Assembly: GCF_006345805.1 (NCBI RefSeq) | Contig: NC_043001.1 | Location: 62,496,001 to 62,560,000 of the forward strand | Reading direction: 5' to 3' | Length of the DNA: 64,000 nucleotides | From: Octopus sinensis | Taxonomy: Eukaryota | Shown here: positions 14,701-26,398 of the stretch, one piece after another | Position numbering within the stretch: the first letter of the stretch is position 1 | How the letters are laid out: each line of letters starts with the position of its first letter | The notes under the pieces: model-generated | The model's database searches: none | What the model was told of the DNA's origin: nothing | What the model saw: the letters and a program-made list of their open reading frames with translations, nothing else | Program-made: the position numbers and the translations under genes

Positions 14701-16497
14701 GAAATATTGCTTATTTTAAGATGAAATAGACATTTCATTTTAAAAACATATATTATGAGAAGTGCAAAAATTATTTAGACAACTTATAAGTATTTAATTA
14801 TAAACTTCCTCTGTTTTTAACCACTGCAGTACCACCTTTTCAGAAAACAATGTTTTGCTTTTGCTTTGGTATTTCAAGTAAGCCATGACATTTTTATAAA
14901 TTATTGATTTCTTCAAAATTACACTGCAATTCTCCACATTTATCAATTGATCTATGAGAGACTCAATGACCTCTATACTGTCACTCAACATAGCAATCAA
15001 ATCTCTCTGAAATCACGTCCTACTGTTCTGTCTTGAAGGAAAGCAACATTGGATAATACAATCTCATATATGTCACTGAAATTATATACTTCATGAAGAA
15101 AGAAAAAGGTAATGAAGTGGAGAAGAAAAACTTTTTCAGAAAAGTGATTTCAGAAGTACAGGATTTTCAGAGACAACTTGTCCAAAAATCTGCTATGAAA
15201 ATTTTTTAAAGAAAAAATATTTTTTTGCACAGAAAGAAAAGAAGTCCACGCCAGTGATGCTTCATTTTATGATCCAGAAAGTGAAACCACTAAAACCAGC
15301 AGAAATCAGCATAATAAAATGAAAGCAAAATAATGTTTGGTAGTACTCAACTGAACTCAGCAATGAAATGAAACCAGAAAAATATTTTCCTTTGAACCTG
15401 AAAGTTTATTTCAAAATTGTTTGTGTATAGAAGAAATTGCTAACCCTATTACATGACAAATAGCCATGAGCATTGTAGATAACAACATTAACATTGATGA
15501 AGAGACTAAAAGAAATTAGGCTACACAAGATATTTGTATTAATACTTTGAACACTGAAACTACAATTAACTTTTTTGCATTGTTGGGATTAATTCATAAT
15601 TGGTATGCTGTAATGAGCTTGGTGAATTGCCACGCATGTTCAGATGGAAAAACCTGGAGGCATTATCAAAGAAGTAAACAAGATTCATTCTTTTTTGGGG
15701 GTCTTTGTGTGGCAGAACTTATGCATTGATGAGCAACAGCTGACTGCAAATGATATGCTGTTAGGGGCATGTTGGTAACCATAGAGAAGCAACAGTTAAC
15801 TGGTTTAACTATTTTAGAGATGTGGTGTGTGGTGTACCACCATCCTGTACAGATTGATGGAAGCAGTGCAGTCATAGAGTAGACAAGTCAAAACTAATGC
15901 ACTACAAATGCCACTGTGGTCATTACTGAGAGTAACTAGATTGTTGACATGGTGGAGTACAATAGCCTTAAGTGTATCCTTGTGTCTGTCCCTGACTGAC
16001 ATTATTGTCAATCATCATTGATCATGTGTTGTTAGACACCTGCACTGTAATTTATTGATGGCATGCCTATCAGCAGTTATCAACTCATGATACTGTAAAT
16101 CAAACTATCAACACAAAAACAATTGGAGAATCAAATATTGGGCTTTTCATACATATTTGCAGGAATTTTCTTGGCAATAATAGCACAAAGGAATTTGTTA
16201 ATTGCTTTCAACAATATTATTGTTTAATTTCTATATTTTGGTGTATAATTTTTAAAAATTTATATTTTAGTATATTATTTAAAAATTCATAATAAAATAA
16301 ATCAAAAAGCATTTTACAAACAATTGGATGTTACAATTACCATCAGATTTGTATAACTTTTAATTCATTTAAAAGAAAACAATTCTTTCACTTTCACTTT
16401 ACTACTGAGTTTCTGGTAAATGATGATCTCTGCCAACTGCAGTAGTTTCACTTTCTGGATCATAAAACAAAACATCACTGCCATTAACTATTTATAT

Positions 16498-17703
16498 TGT
16501 TACGGAATCACCCGTCGTCGCCCGTCCCGAACGGCTCACACAAGTTCCGCCACGGAACCCAAAGAGGCGGAGAGAGGAGATACAGATAGATACTGCCACA
16601 ACCTCAACAGCACAGAGATACAGAGGCACAACCCGAGATACAACCCAAAGAGGCAAGGCAACAACTGGCAACACTGGCTTATATTCAAACAACAGTTTAT
16701 ACGACAATTACAATGGTTACAACATCAAAGCATTTAAGGCAAACAACAAATCAATACATCATACGGTATACCACAGATCAAAGCATTTAACAACATGCAT
16801 GTAACAATATAACAGTGTTCAGTAACGACACAACAAGTCCAGATCAAATAATGTTCACGATACGTCACAGTCCAATCAGAACACTTCGATACATTATACA
16901 ATGTTCGTATCACAACAATTCACGTTACAATTCAACAAGTCCTTTACTCAATTCACAATGTTCTTTATCAACTACATCGACAGAGTCCTTCTTTTTCTCT
17001 TCACTGTTCAATACACAAATCACATACCTTAATTCTTAACTGAATCGCCAGTGTCCCATTCTGCACTCATCTCTTAATACTGCTAAATCCTCTGAATACT
17101 CTGCTAATTCCCCTCTGTGCATATTCCAATCGCTTGCTCCTAGGCCTCCTCGCATCCCAGCTCGCTCCCAGGAATTCCAACGCCTGCTCCTTAAATCCAA
17201 GGTTCCATCCACTCGCTCTGACCTCCAGAGTCCGTCTGTCTTCCTCGAGGACCGGCCAGCGATCGCAAGATCCGTCTGCGTTCCTCGACGACCGCTCAAC
17301 GACTGCCAAGACCTCACTTCGTCTCTGTCCTCGCTTCCACTCCCTCATCTCCCTCTTATAGCCTTTCTATTTGCTATCTCATTCCTTACTCTATCTATAT
17401 CGCCTACTGTCCCTTAGCCTCTCTATCTGCTCTCTGATCTTACTGCCTATCTCTATCGCCCGCCAGACTCTTCCTCTCTATCTGTCCCTTAGTCTTATAC
17501 TCTATCTCTATTTGCTCTCAGCCCTTAATCCGTCCCTCTTCTCTCACATTCTCCTGACCCTTTTCTCAACCGCACGAGGTCACAGGTCCTTCCAAAACCC
17601 ATCAGTCCTCCATTAGACAAAAGACTGTCACATTTTCACCAGACATGATGGTGCCATAATTCCTAAGTGGGTCACCAGGAAATGCACCAGCTAAACCGTA
17701 ACA
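16498..17703 (-). repeat. 3' LTR (1206 bp)
   Basis: Terminal inverted repeats TGTTACGG...CCGTAACA; direct repeat of 19698-20901. Confidence 0.93.
17354..17360 (-). promoter_or_regulatory. Candidate TATA box in the LTR (also present in the other LTR)
   Basis: TATAAGA on the element strand, downstream of a purine-rich U3-like region. Confidence 0.4.
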
Positions 17704-17716
17704 CTACCCCCTACCT
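17704..17716 (-). promoter_or_regulatory. Polypurine tract (PPT)
   Basis: aggtagggggtag immediately precedes the TG of the 3' LTR on the minus strand. Confidence 0.85.
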
Positions 17717-17743
17717 AAGCTTTTGTCGACCCGACAAAGCATA

Positions 17744-19669
17744 CTAAACTCGCACCTCCGAGCAGCAGACTCTCCAGGGGCTGGGGGTCCCCTTGGGTGG
17801 TTTCTCCTCCGGGGGTCTCACCTCCCACGGCCACCACTTCAGCACCAGCCACAGGTTGGCACCTTCCCTCTGCGGCTTGGGTAACACCTCCGCCAACGCC
17901 GCCAGGCTTCCTACTAGCCGCCCACAATAGGCGCACTGTCCGAGGAAGTTCCTCAAATCCCTCACACAGGAAGGGTCCGGCCAATCCTTCACAGTGGCCA
18001 CCTTCCTCAGGGCTCTATAGCCCACGTAGCACCTTGCTGTACCATCCCCATTCCGCGCAATTATCGCTGACGACCAGGGACCATTCTGTCCTTTCACTGT
18101 TACCTGTCGCCGATATCTCCTCTTGCGCTGCTGTACTGAGACCTTCCTCCGGCCTCGCTGCCTCCTCAAGCGACAACCGCCTTGGTCGACGAAACTTTCT
18201 GCCAGGTCCGTGCGACCAGCATCCAACAACCCTCGCGACCAACGTCCTGCGCTTTTCACCAACAGTTGCCTCTTCCGCAACTGCATCAGCGGACCACGAA
18301 CTCCCTTAACTTCATCTCTGCACCGGCAGAACTGACCCCGCCGCTGGTTTACCGTCCGGCGCAGTTCCACGATTTGCCCTCTGCAAATCGCCTGCGCAGC
18401 CTTCAATAACTCGGCCGACCCAACCAGCGCTCTGTCAACTTCTGCCTCCACCAGGGTCCAGCCGACCCTCAACTGAGCTCTTACTCCGCACTGCATGTCG
18501 GGCTCCACCGGCCCCATGCAACCATCAAATACAGAGCTCCCCCAAGTGCCAACAAAGCACCAGCGACTCCTTGCGGACCGCTTCCTCAACTGCATCCGTG
18601 GGCCACCAACTCCTTCAACTGCGTTGCCGTATCGGCAGAACTGGCCCCACCACTGGTTCGTCATCTGGCACGATTCCTCGATTTGCCTTCTACAAATCGC
18701 CTGTGCCACTTCCAAAAGATCGGCCGACCCAGCCAGCGCTCCACCAGCTTCTGCTTCCACTAGGGTCCACCCGACCCTCAATCGAGCTTTCACTAGGCAC
18801 TGCCTGTTGGGCTCCACCGGCCCCAAGCAACCATCAACCACAAAGTTCACCCAACGCTGAAGCAGTCTTCCTGGTCTCGGTGGACCCACCACCGTTCGCA
18901 GCCGTCTCGCCTCGTCAACGGGCCTGGTCCTTTTCCTCACCAGCTTCCGTCCCGCAGGCCTCACAACACACACGCTCGGCCGCCAGTCCATCCACGCCTG
19001 TGGCCTCTCCACAGTGGGAACCATACAGTCCCTCCGGGCCCCAAGAGACAGGGGTCCAGACACCAAAGGACTCGCACACGGCATAGCACCTGCCGCGACC
19101 ATCACACACAGAGCCGGAACCTCGGACTCAGCGACATTCGCCCCAGACCTCGCCAGCTCTTCGTCCTGAGCTCCGAGAGACAGGGGTCGAGATGCCAAGG
19201 GCTCCAGACACGGAACAACAGCATCAGCCATAACACCTTCCACGGGCCTTTTGGTTACTTCAACCTCTACGGGTTCCAAATCACAAGATTTCTTGGGTAC
19301 AGCGTCACAAATTTCGGCAACCAGCCCAGGTTCCGCAAACACAGCCGGTCCAGCATCACAGATTTCGGCAACACTTCCTTCACTATCTGTTTCCCTCGAT
19401 GCTTCGTTCGACGGGCAATCTCTGCCCACAGGACCGTCGCTATCCTCGGTCCAACACCGATCCTTCAAAGCTGACCCATCCGCAACCTCAAGCTCCCGCT
19501 GATCTGCCCACAGGCCCTGTCGCCTCCTGTCCATTCTCTCCACGAACGCGTCCGTCTGCGCCATCTGGCCCCTTAACATCTCCACAATCAGAGCAAGCGA
19601 AATCTCCTCGTCTCCGGTCTGACAACCAGACAAATCCATAGCGAAAAAGAACCGATCGAAACGCAGCAA
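17744..19669 (-). CDS. 641-codon mosaic ORF of the LTR element: gag-like N-terminus, duplicated blocks and in-frame pol relics
   Basis: Uninterrupted ORF; first ATG at about 19639 (MDLSG...). WSSAIIARNGDGTARCYVGYRAL resembles the gypsy RT start (WSSP...KKDG..RFCVDYRKLN). VKDWPDPSCVRDLRNFLGQCAYCGRL resembles the RT/RNase H connection. No YxDD, DDE or DTGA motif. Confidence 0.7.
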   Translation of the reverse strand: MLRFDRFFFAMDLSGCQTGDEEISLALIVEMLRGQMAQTDAFVERMDRRRQGLWADQRELEVADGSALKDRCWTEDSDGPVGRDCPSNEASRETDSEGSVAEICDAGPAVFAEPGLVAEICDAVPKKSCDLEPVEVEVTKRPVEGVMADAVVPCLEPLASRPLSLGAQDEELARSGANVAESEVPALCVMVAAGAMPCASPLVSGPLSLGARRDCMVPTVERPQAWMDWRPSVCVVRPAGRKLVRKRTRPVDEARRLRTVVGPPRPGRLLQRWVNFVVDGCLGPVEPNRQCLVKARLRVGWTLVEAEAGGALAGSADLLEVAQAICRRQIEESCQMTNQWWGQFCRYGNAVEGVGGPRMQLRKRSARSRWCFVGTWGSSVFDGCMGPVEPDMQCGVRAQLRVGWTLVEAEVDRALVGSAELLKAAQAICRGQIVELRRTVNQRRGQFCRCRDEVKGVRGPLMQLRKRQLLVKSAGRWSRGLLDAGRTDLAESFVDQGGCRLRRQRGRRKVSVQQRKRRYRRQVTVKGQNGPWSSAIIARNGDGTARCYVGYRALRKVATVKDWPDPSCVRDLRNFLGQCAYCGRLVGSLAALAEVLPKPQREGANLWLVLKWWPWEVRPPEEKPPKGTPSPWRVCCSEVRV

Positions 19670-19677
19670 TCAGGACA

Positions 19678-19695
19678 ATCCCACTTCTGACACCA
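19678..19695 (-). promoter_or_regulatory. Primer-binding site complementary to the tRNA-Leu 3' end
   Basis: TGGTGTCAGAAGTGGGAT, 2 nt after the 5' LTR; complementary to the known eukaryotic tRNA-Leu end ...AUCCCACUUCUGACACCA. Confidence 0.88.
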
Positions 19696-19697
19696 GT

Positions 19698-20901
19698 TGT
19701 TACGGACGGAATCACCCGTCATCGCCCGTCCCGAACGGCTCACACAAGTTCCGCCACGGAACCCAAAGAGGCGGAGAGAGGAGACACAGATAGATACTGC
19801 CACAACCTCAACAGCACAGAGATACAGAGGCACAACCCGAGATACAACCCAAAGAGGCAAGGCAACAACTGGCAACACTGGCTTATATTCAAACAACAGT
19901 TTATACGACAATTACAATGGTTACAACATCAAAGCATTTAAGGCAAACAACAAATCAATACATCATACGGTATACCACAGATCAAAGCATTTAACAACAT
20001 GCATGTAACAATATAACAGTGTTCAGTAACGACACAAGTCCAGATCAAATAATGTTCACGATACGTCACAGTCCAATCAGAACACTTCGATACATTATAC
20101 AATGTTCGTATCACAACAATTCACGTTACAATTCAACAAGTCCTTTACTCAATTCACAATGTTCTTTATCGACTACATCGACAGAGTCCTTTTTCTCTTC
20201 ACTGTTCAATACACAAATCACATACCTTAATTCTTAACTGAATCGCCAGTGTCCCATTCTGCACTCATCTCTTAATACTGCTAAATCCTCTGAATACTCT
20301 GCTAATTCCCCTCTGTGCATATTCCAATCGCTTGCTCCTAGGCCTCCTCGCATCCCAGCTCGCTCCCAGGAATTCCAACGCCTGCTCCTTAAATCCAAGG
20401 TTCCATCCACTCGCTCTGACCTCCAGAGTCCGTCTGTCTTCCTCAAGGACCGGCCAGCGACCGCAAGATCCGTCTGCGTTCCTCGACGACCGCTCAACGA
20501 CTGCCAAGACCTCACTTCATCTCTGTCCTCGCTTCCACTCCCTCATCTCCCTCTTATAGCCTTTCTATTTGCTATCTCATTCCTTACTCTATCTATATCG
20601 CCTACTGTCCCTTAGCCTCTCTATCTGCTCTCTGATCTTACTGCCTATCTCTATCGCCCGCCAGACTCTTCCTCTCTATCTGTCCCTTAGTCTTATACTC
20701 TATCTCTATTTGCTCTCAGCCCTTAATCCGTCCCTCTTCTCTCACATTCTCCTGACCCTTTTCTCAACCGCACGAGGTCACAGGTCCTTCCAAAACCCAT
20801 CAGTCCTCCATTAGACAAAAGACTGTCACATTTTCACCAGACATGATGGTGCCATAATTCCTAAGTGGGTCACCAGGAAATGCACCAGCTAAACCGTTGC
20901 A
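19698..20901 (-). repeat. 5' LTR (1204 bp)
   Basis: Direct repeat of 16498-17703; the outer end reads ccgtTGca instead of ccgtAAca. Confidence 0.9.
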
Positions 20902-21301
20902 AAAAATTTCCAAGTTTATATTTACCCCACTACAATTCTGGATGATATCCTATAATTTACCTCATTTCTCTTGCATCATTAAGTTGTACAACAATTCATG
21001 AGCAAGGTTAAATAGGAAAGAACTTTCCTTCCAGAATCATATATACATATTTGTATGTGTGTGTGTGCACTTTTATATTCTTTTATACATTTCAGCCCTA
21101 AGGCTGTGGCCATGCTAGGGTATGTGTGTGTGGGAGAGAGAGGGGGGAGGGAGAGAGAGAGAGAAAGAGATTATACTTTTGTGAGGTTTAAAATGAAAAT
21201 ATTCAACTTGAGGGGACTGTCTCTCTGATTTTATATATTCACAAAATAATGTGCTACATTCAGTTTTTACTTTTTCCAAAATAGATTTTACATGAACCAT
21301 A

Positions 21302-22597
21302 TGAGGGGGTATCCAAAAGAAACTGGAATTTTGCAATGTTATTTTATTTACTTAGTTTTACATGTTTATACTTTTACTGCCTTCAAAGTATTCTACATTT
21401 GAAGCAATGCATTGGTTCAGACATATTTTCCACTGTTTTGAAGTAGTCCTGCAACTCTTGCAAAGTGATGTCTTTTTACACCTCCATCGTTTTTCTTCAC
21501 CTCTTCCACATCTGAAAAACATTTTCCTTTAAGGACTTTTTCCATTAAGGGGAACCAAAAAAAATGCAGGGAGCAAGACTGGGTGGATAGGGAGGGTGGA
21601 TAAGCAGGATCATGCCATTTTTGCTCAAGAACTGTTTCACACTCAAGGTGGTGTGCACAGGAGCATTGTCATGATGAAACCAACACTCTCCACTTTACCA
21701 CAGGTTGGGGTGTTTATATCTCACCACATCTTGCAAATGCTTCAGAACTGCCAAGTAAAATATCTGGCTAACAATTTGACAAGGAGGATCAGATTCTGTG
21801 TGGTCAATTCCTTTCACATTGATGAAATAAATCAGCATCATCTTGACATTGGACTTCACTTGATGTGCTTTTTTGGAGTGTGGTGACATTGACTGCTTCT
21901 ATTTGCTTGATTGTTGCTTCATTTATGGGTTGTAGCCATAGCACCAGGTTTCGTCTCTAGTGATGACCTTTGGAAAAAGGTCTGGATCAACTTCCAACTA
22001 TTCTTTAAGTTAACAACACACATTCAGTTGTGATTGCTTTTGATCTTCTGTGAGCAAACAAGGCACAACTTTTGCTGCAACTCTTTTCATTCACATTTCC
22101 TCATTCAAAATTCGTTGGCAGGAGCTCCAGGACAGACCAGTCATATCAAGTTCATCAATTGTTCAGTGACGGCCCTCCAAGATTAGTTCATGAATTTTTG
22201 TGATGTTTTCATTTGTTTGGGAGGTTGGCAGTTGTCCTGAATGAAGTTGGTCTTCAAGTGACAAGTGACCATTCCTAAAGCATGAAAACCACTTGTAAAC
22301 TTGTTTTGCTCATGGCAGCCTCCTTGTAAGCTGTTAGAAGCATGAAAACTGTTTCTGGCAGAAAACAGAATTTCATTGAAGCATGCTGTTCCTTCATTTC
22401 AGCCATTGAAAAGTTGATGAACAGGGAAGAAGCACAGAAAAACAAAAACACACCACATGGCATTATGACTTTACATGACACTGCAGCTTGGCAGACTGAT
22501 GCCTGAGGAGCACATCAAGTGCCTTCTAGTGGTGGAAGCCACTACAACAGGCTTATCCCACAGAAAACATTTCTGGTTACTTTTGGGTACCCCCTCA
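21302..22597 (-). mobile_element. Full-length (1296 bp) but degenerate mariner transposon
   Basis: TA target duplication on both sides and ~27-bp TIRs (tgagggggtatccaaaag). Transposase relics EQHASMKFCF...AYKEAAMSKT and SPHSKKAHQVKSNVKMMLIYFINVKGIDH. Confidence 0.92.
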
Positions 22598-22899
22598 TAT
22601 GTGCAGTACTCCAAACTGAATGCAACTACATGTGAATATTTGGTAGTAAAAGCACAACAAAAAAGTAAAATGAGCAATTGAATGAGAGAATAATAAGTCT
22701 AAAAACTAAACAAAATGTCTGCATATGAACTTCAACAAAGACAAAAAGAATCTGATTTGGCCATGATTTCAAAAGAATTGGCTTACAGCAAAGAATCCAG
22801 AGCACAAAGACACAGAAGACAGAGACAGTTTTCTCATTGCTAAGGTGATTTCTTATAAGCACCTCTGACTTATCATTCCAGCAAGTGCGGGAATCTGTA

Positions 22900-23600
22900 C
22901 AGCCACTAATAAGCTTAGTCATTATAACCATTGAAGAGTTGTGCTGTGGCAACCATCGCATCTCAGTTGTATCATTGCAACCATCACCTAGCCATTTTTT
23001 TACAACTGACATTGAGCTGTTTTAATATAATCAACACTGTATATAAAAGCCAAGCCATTCCAACCACCACTATTGATCTCTAATTAAAATCACCACAAAG
23101 ATTTATGAGTACAACCATTACTAAGCAATTTCACTATAATCACTACTTAGTTGTGGCATTACAAAAACTTCTAAGATCTCACTACAGTCAATAGTGAAAT
23201 GCTTCACTAGAACCACAATATATCTGTGTCATTACAACCAACACTAAGCTATTTCATTGCAACTGACACTGAGTTATGACATTACAGCTATCACTGAGAT
23301 TTCATTTCAACTACCTATACTGTCACATTACATTCAACACCCACCTGCATTATTAAAACACAACCAAGGTGTTTCATTATAACTGCAGTTGAGCTGTGTC
23401 ATTACAACCATCTCTTAACTATTTCAGTTCAATCAGTACTGAACTAAGTTTTACCATAAGAACCCACTGATCTATGTCACTACAACCATGGCTTAGCTGC
23501 ATTATTACAATCACAACTAATTATATCATGTCAGTGGTTGCTGTGATATCACTGCAGCTACCACTGAGATTTTTCATTACAACTAATTCACTTGCAGATT
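22900..23600. repeat. Highly degenerate minisatellite (~22-25-bp unit, approx. gagctgtgtcattacaaccatcact)
   Basis: Recurrent tcattacaacc, ttcattgcaact and actgagatttca variants. Confidence 0.65.
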
Positions 23601-23629
23601 TAACTATTTTAAAGTTATTTCATCATCAT

Positions 23630-24065
23630 CATTAAACATCTGTTGTGCATTCTGCCATGCGTTGGACAGTTTGATCAGAGCTGGTAAGCTGGACAGCTGT
23701 ACCAGGCTTCAGTTTGATTTGGCATGGTGCTTTTGGGTGCTTTTACATGGAACCACATGGACATCAGTGCTTTTTACACTTGCTGATCAATCCTCTCTAA
23801 CAGGGGGACCAGACTTAACACATCTACTGTGGAGCATGGGTCTTCTTGAGTACAGAAAGGCACCAGGCATCCCAGTCCTTTGTCATCTCACCTGAAAGGT
23901 TCAGTGCCCTAAGGTCATTCTTTAATAATTCATCCCATGTCTTTCTAGGTCTCCTACTTCCACTTGTTTCATCTACTTTGAGAGGTTGGCACTTCATTAT
24001 GCAGTTGTCAGCATTAACCTGCATCACATGACCAAACCAGCAGAGTATCCTCTCTTTCACATAGC
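23630..24065 (-). mobile_element. Old RTE LINE 3' fragment
   Basis: ERILCWFGHVMQV...RRPRKTWDELLKNDL...W, followed by an RTE-like tail ending in gatgatgatg. Confidence 0.75.
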
Positions 24066-24114
24066 ATCTAATTCCTTATTTTTATATATTTATTTAAATT
24101 TTTCTTATATATAC

Positions 24115-24537
24115 GGCTGCGTGGTTAGAAACTTGCTTCCCAACCACATGATTCTGGGTTCAATTCCTCTGCATGGTACCTTGGACAAGTGTCTACTACT
24201 ATAGCCTCAGGCCAACTAGAGCCTTGTGAGTGGATTTGGTAGACGGAAACTGAAAGATGCCTGATGTATAAATATATATATGCATGTATGTATGTATGTA
24301 TGTATGTATATTTATGTATGTCTTTGTATCTGTGATTGTCTCCCCACCCTTATGTGACAACTTATGTTGGTGTGTTTACATCCCTGTAACTAAGTAGATC
24401 AGCAAAACAGACTGATAGAATAAGTACTAGGCTTACAAAGAATACATCCTGGAGTTGATTTCTTTGACTAAAACCTTTTAAGTCAGTGCTCCAGCATGGC
24501 TGCAGTCTAGTGACTGAAACATGTAGAAGAATAAAAG
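24115..24537 (+). mobile_element. tRNA-derived SINE with internal microsatellite and LINE-like 3' tail
   Basis: A-box-like gcgtggttag and B-box-like ggttcaattcc; tail gtgctccagcatggctgcagtctagtgactgaaac...agaataaaag. Confidence 0.75.
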
Positions 24538-24558
24538 TACACACACACACACACACAA

Positions 24559-24596
<38 letters not shown>

Positions 24597-24598
<2 letters not shown>

Positions 24599-24892
24599 AT
24601 CATCATCATCGTTTAACGTCTGCTTTCCATGCTGGCATGAGTTGGACAGTTTGACTGGGGACTGGTAAGCCAGAATGCTGCACCAGGCTCCAATCTGATC
24701 TGACAAAGTTTCTACAACTGGATGCCCTTCCTCACGCCAACCACTGATGAGGGCCAGTCAGGCAGTACTGGCAACGACCACGCTCAAAGATGTAGTTTAC
24801 ATGTCACCTGCACAGGAGATTACACTCTATCATGTATGCACACTGACATTACACATCCAGCGGAACATACTGGCTTCATTCCTTGCAAGCTT
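24597..24892 (-). mobile_element. Internally deleted RTE fragment (ORF piece joined to 3' UTR)
   Basis: KLARNEASMFRWMCNVSVH matches ~48040-48100 and is joined to the RTE 3' UTR with a (gat)n tail. Confidence 0.8.
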
Positions 24893-24907
24893 ATATGTAT
24901 ATATACA

Positions 24908-26256
24908 TATCAAAGCCTTTGATCGTGTCTCGCGAGAGCTCCTCTGGGATATTCTCGCCCAGTATGGATGCCCAGATAAGTTCATCCGGATCCTCAAACT
25001 TCTCCATGACAATATGCACGCCAGAGTCCAGACCGACGGAGGCAGTTCTGAGCCCTTTAAAGTCACCTCCGGAGTGAAGCAAGGCTGCGTGATAGCGCCA
25101 ACTCTCTTTACCATCTTTATCGCAACAGTGTTGCACATCATACGAGATGACCTTCTACCTGGCATCGAGATCTCGTACAGAATGGACGGCAAGCTTTTCA
25201 ACCTCGCTCGCCTCAAAAGTATGTCCAAGACAATGGCGCGAAGCTTGCTAGAGTTCCAATATGCCGACGACATCAGTGTAGCAGCTTACAGAGAGGATCA
25301 CCTCCAACAGATCCTAAATGCTTTTCATCATGTATATACTAAACTTGGACTGAGCATCAACATCAAGAAGACTCACTCTACCAACCTCCTCCCAATGCCC
25401 GTGTTGACAACCCGCCATTGATTCAACTCGAAGGAATTCCACTGGAAAATGTGAACCATTTCTGCTACCTTGGGAGCCATCTGTCAGCAAAGGTAGACCT
25501 CAGCGATGAAATCCAACACCGTCTGAAGTGTGCAGGAACAGCTTTCGGCAAGCTTTGAACAAGAGTTTTTGCTGATCGGGACATCCGAACCGAAACCAAA
25601 CTCATGGTGTACAGGGCAGTTATTATTCCAACCCTCCTTTACGCATCCAAAACCTGGATCCCATATAGTCACCACCTGAAAACGCTCAAGAAATTTCACC
25701 AACGCTGTCTTCGGAAGATCCTTAACATCAGCTGGGAAGACAGAAGAACTAACGTCAGCGTGCTACAAGAAGCAAAAATGACCAGCATCGAAGCCTATGT
25801 CATCAAAGGCCAACTAAGATGGAGCGGCCACGTGGTTAGAATGACTGACGAACGACTTCCCAAACAGATCTTCTACACCCAACTCAAAGACGGCAAGCGT
25901 ACAAAAGGAGGCCAGAAGAAACGCTACAAGGACTCCCTGAAAACGAACCTCAAAAAGTGTGACATCGACTTCACTAACTGGGAGGAAACGGCAAAAAACA
26001 GACCACTCTGGAAAACCACCATCCATGAGGGAACGGCGACTTTCGAGTCGAAAAGGTCTGCAGAGCTGGAGGAGAAAAGACGACGACGGAAGGAGCACCA
26101 ACAACAACCACGTGCGACTCTCCTTTCCGGCACTAGATGTCCGCATTGCGACCAATCTTTTCAAGCAAGAATTGGTCTTATCGGTCACCTACGGACTCAC
26201 CAGTAAATTTGCGCGAAGACTATCATCCTCGACCTTAAGGGATTGCCATCATCATC

Positions 26257-26258
<2 letters not shown>
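24908..26258 (+). mobile_element. RTE/BovB-like LINE, 5'-truncated, few lesions
   Basis: KAFDRVSR, GVKQGCVIAPTLF, QYADD, LLYASKTW, LRWSGHV, and C-terminal C2H2 finger CPHC...HLRTH; (cat)n tail followed by (AT)n. Confidence 0.92.
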
Positions 26259-26292
<34 letters not shown>

Positions 26293-26342
26293 GTATGTAT
26301 ATATATACATACACACACACATATATATATATACACATATAT

Positions 26343-26381
<39 letters not shown>

Positions 26382-26398
26382 TAAGAAAGTTGGTTTGT

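Larger units (their letters stand above)
16498..20901 (-). mobile_element. Non-autonomous Ty3/gypsy-type LTR retroelement
   Basis: Two ~1.2-kb direct LTRs about 99% identical by eye, an 18-nt PBS, a PPT, and a 2-kb internal region holding one ORF with RT and RNase H relics. Confidence 0.93.

Noticed and set aside
15540-16140. Possible piggyBac or hAT transposase remnant
   Set aside because: No diagnostic motif was recognisable in any frame; left unclassified.
24115-24190. tRNA gene calls here and at 41470-41535, 50781-50870 and 54324-54400
   Set aside because: A and B boxes are present but there is no complete cloverleaf, and each continues into a SINE body.
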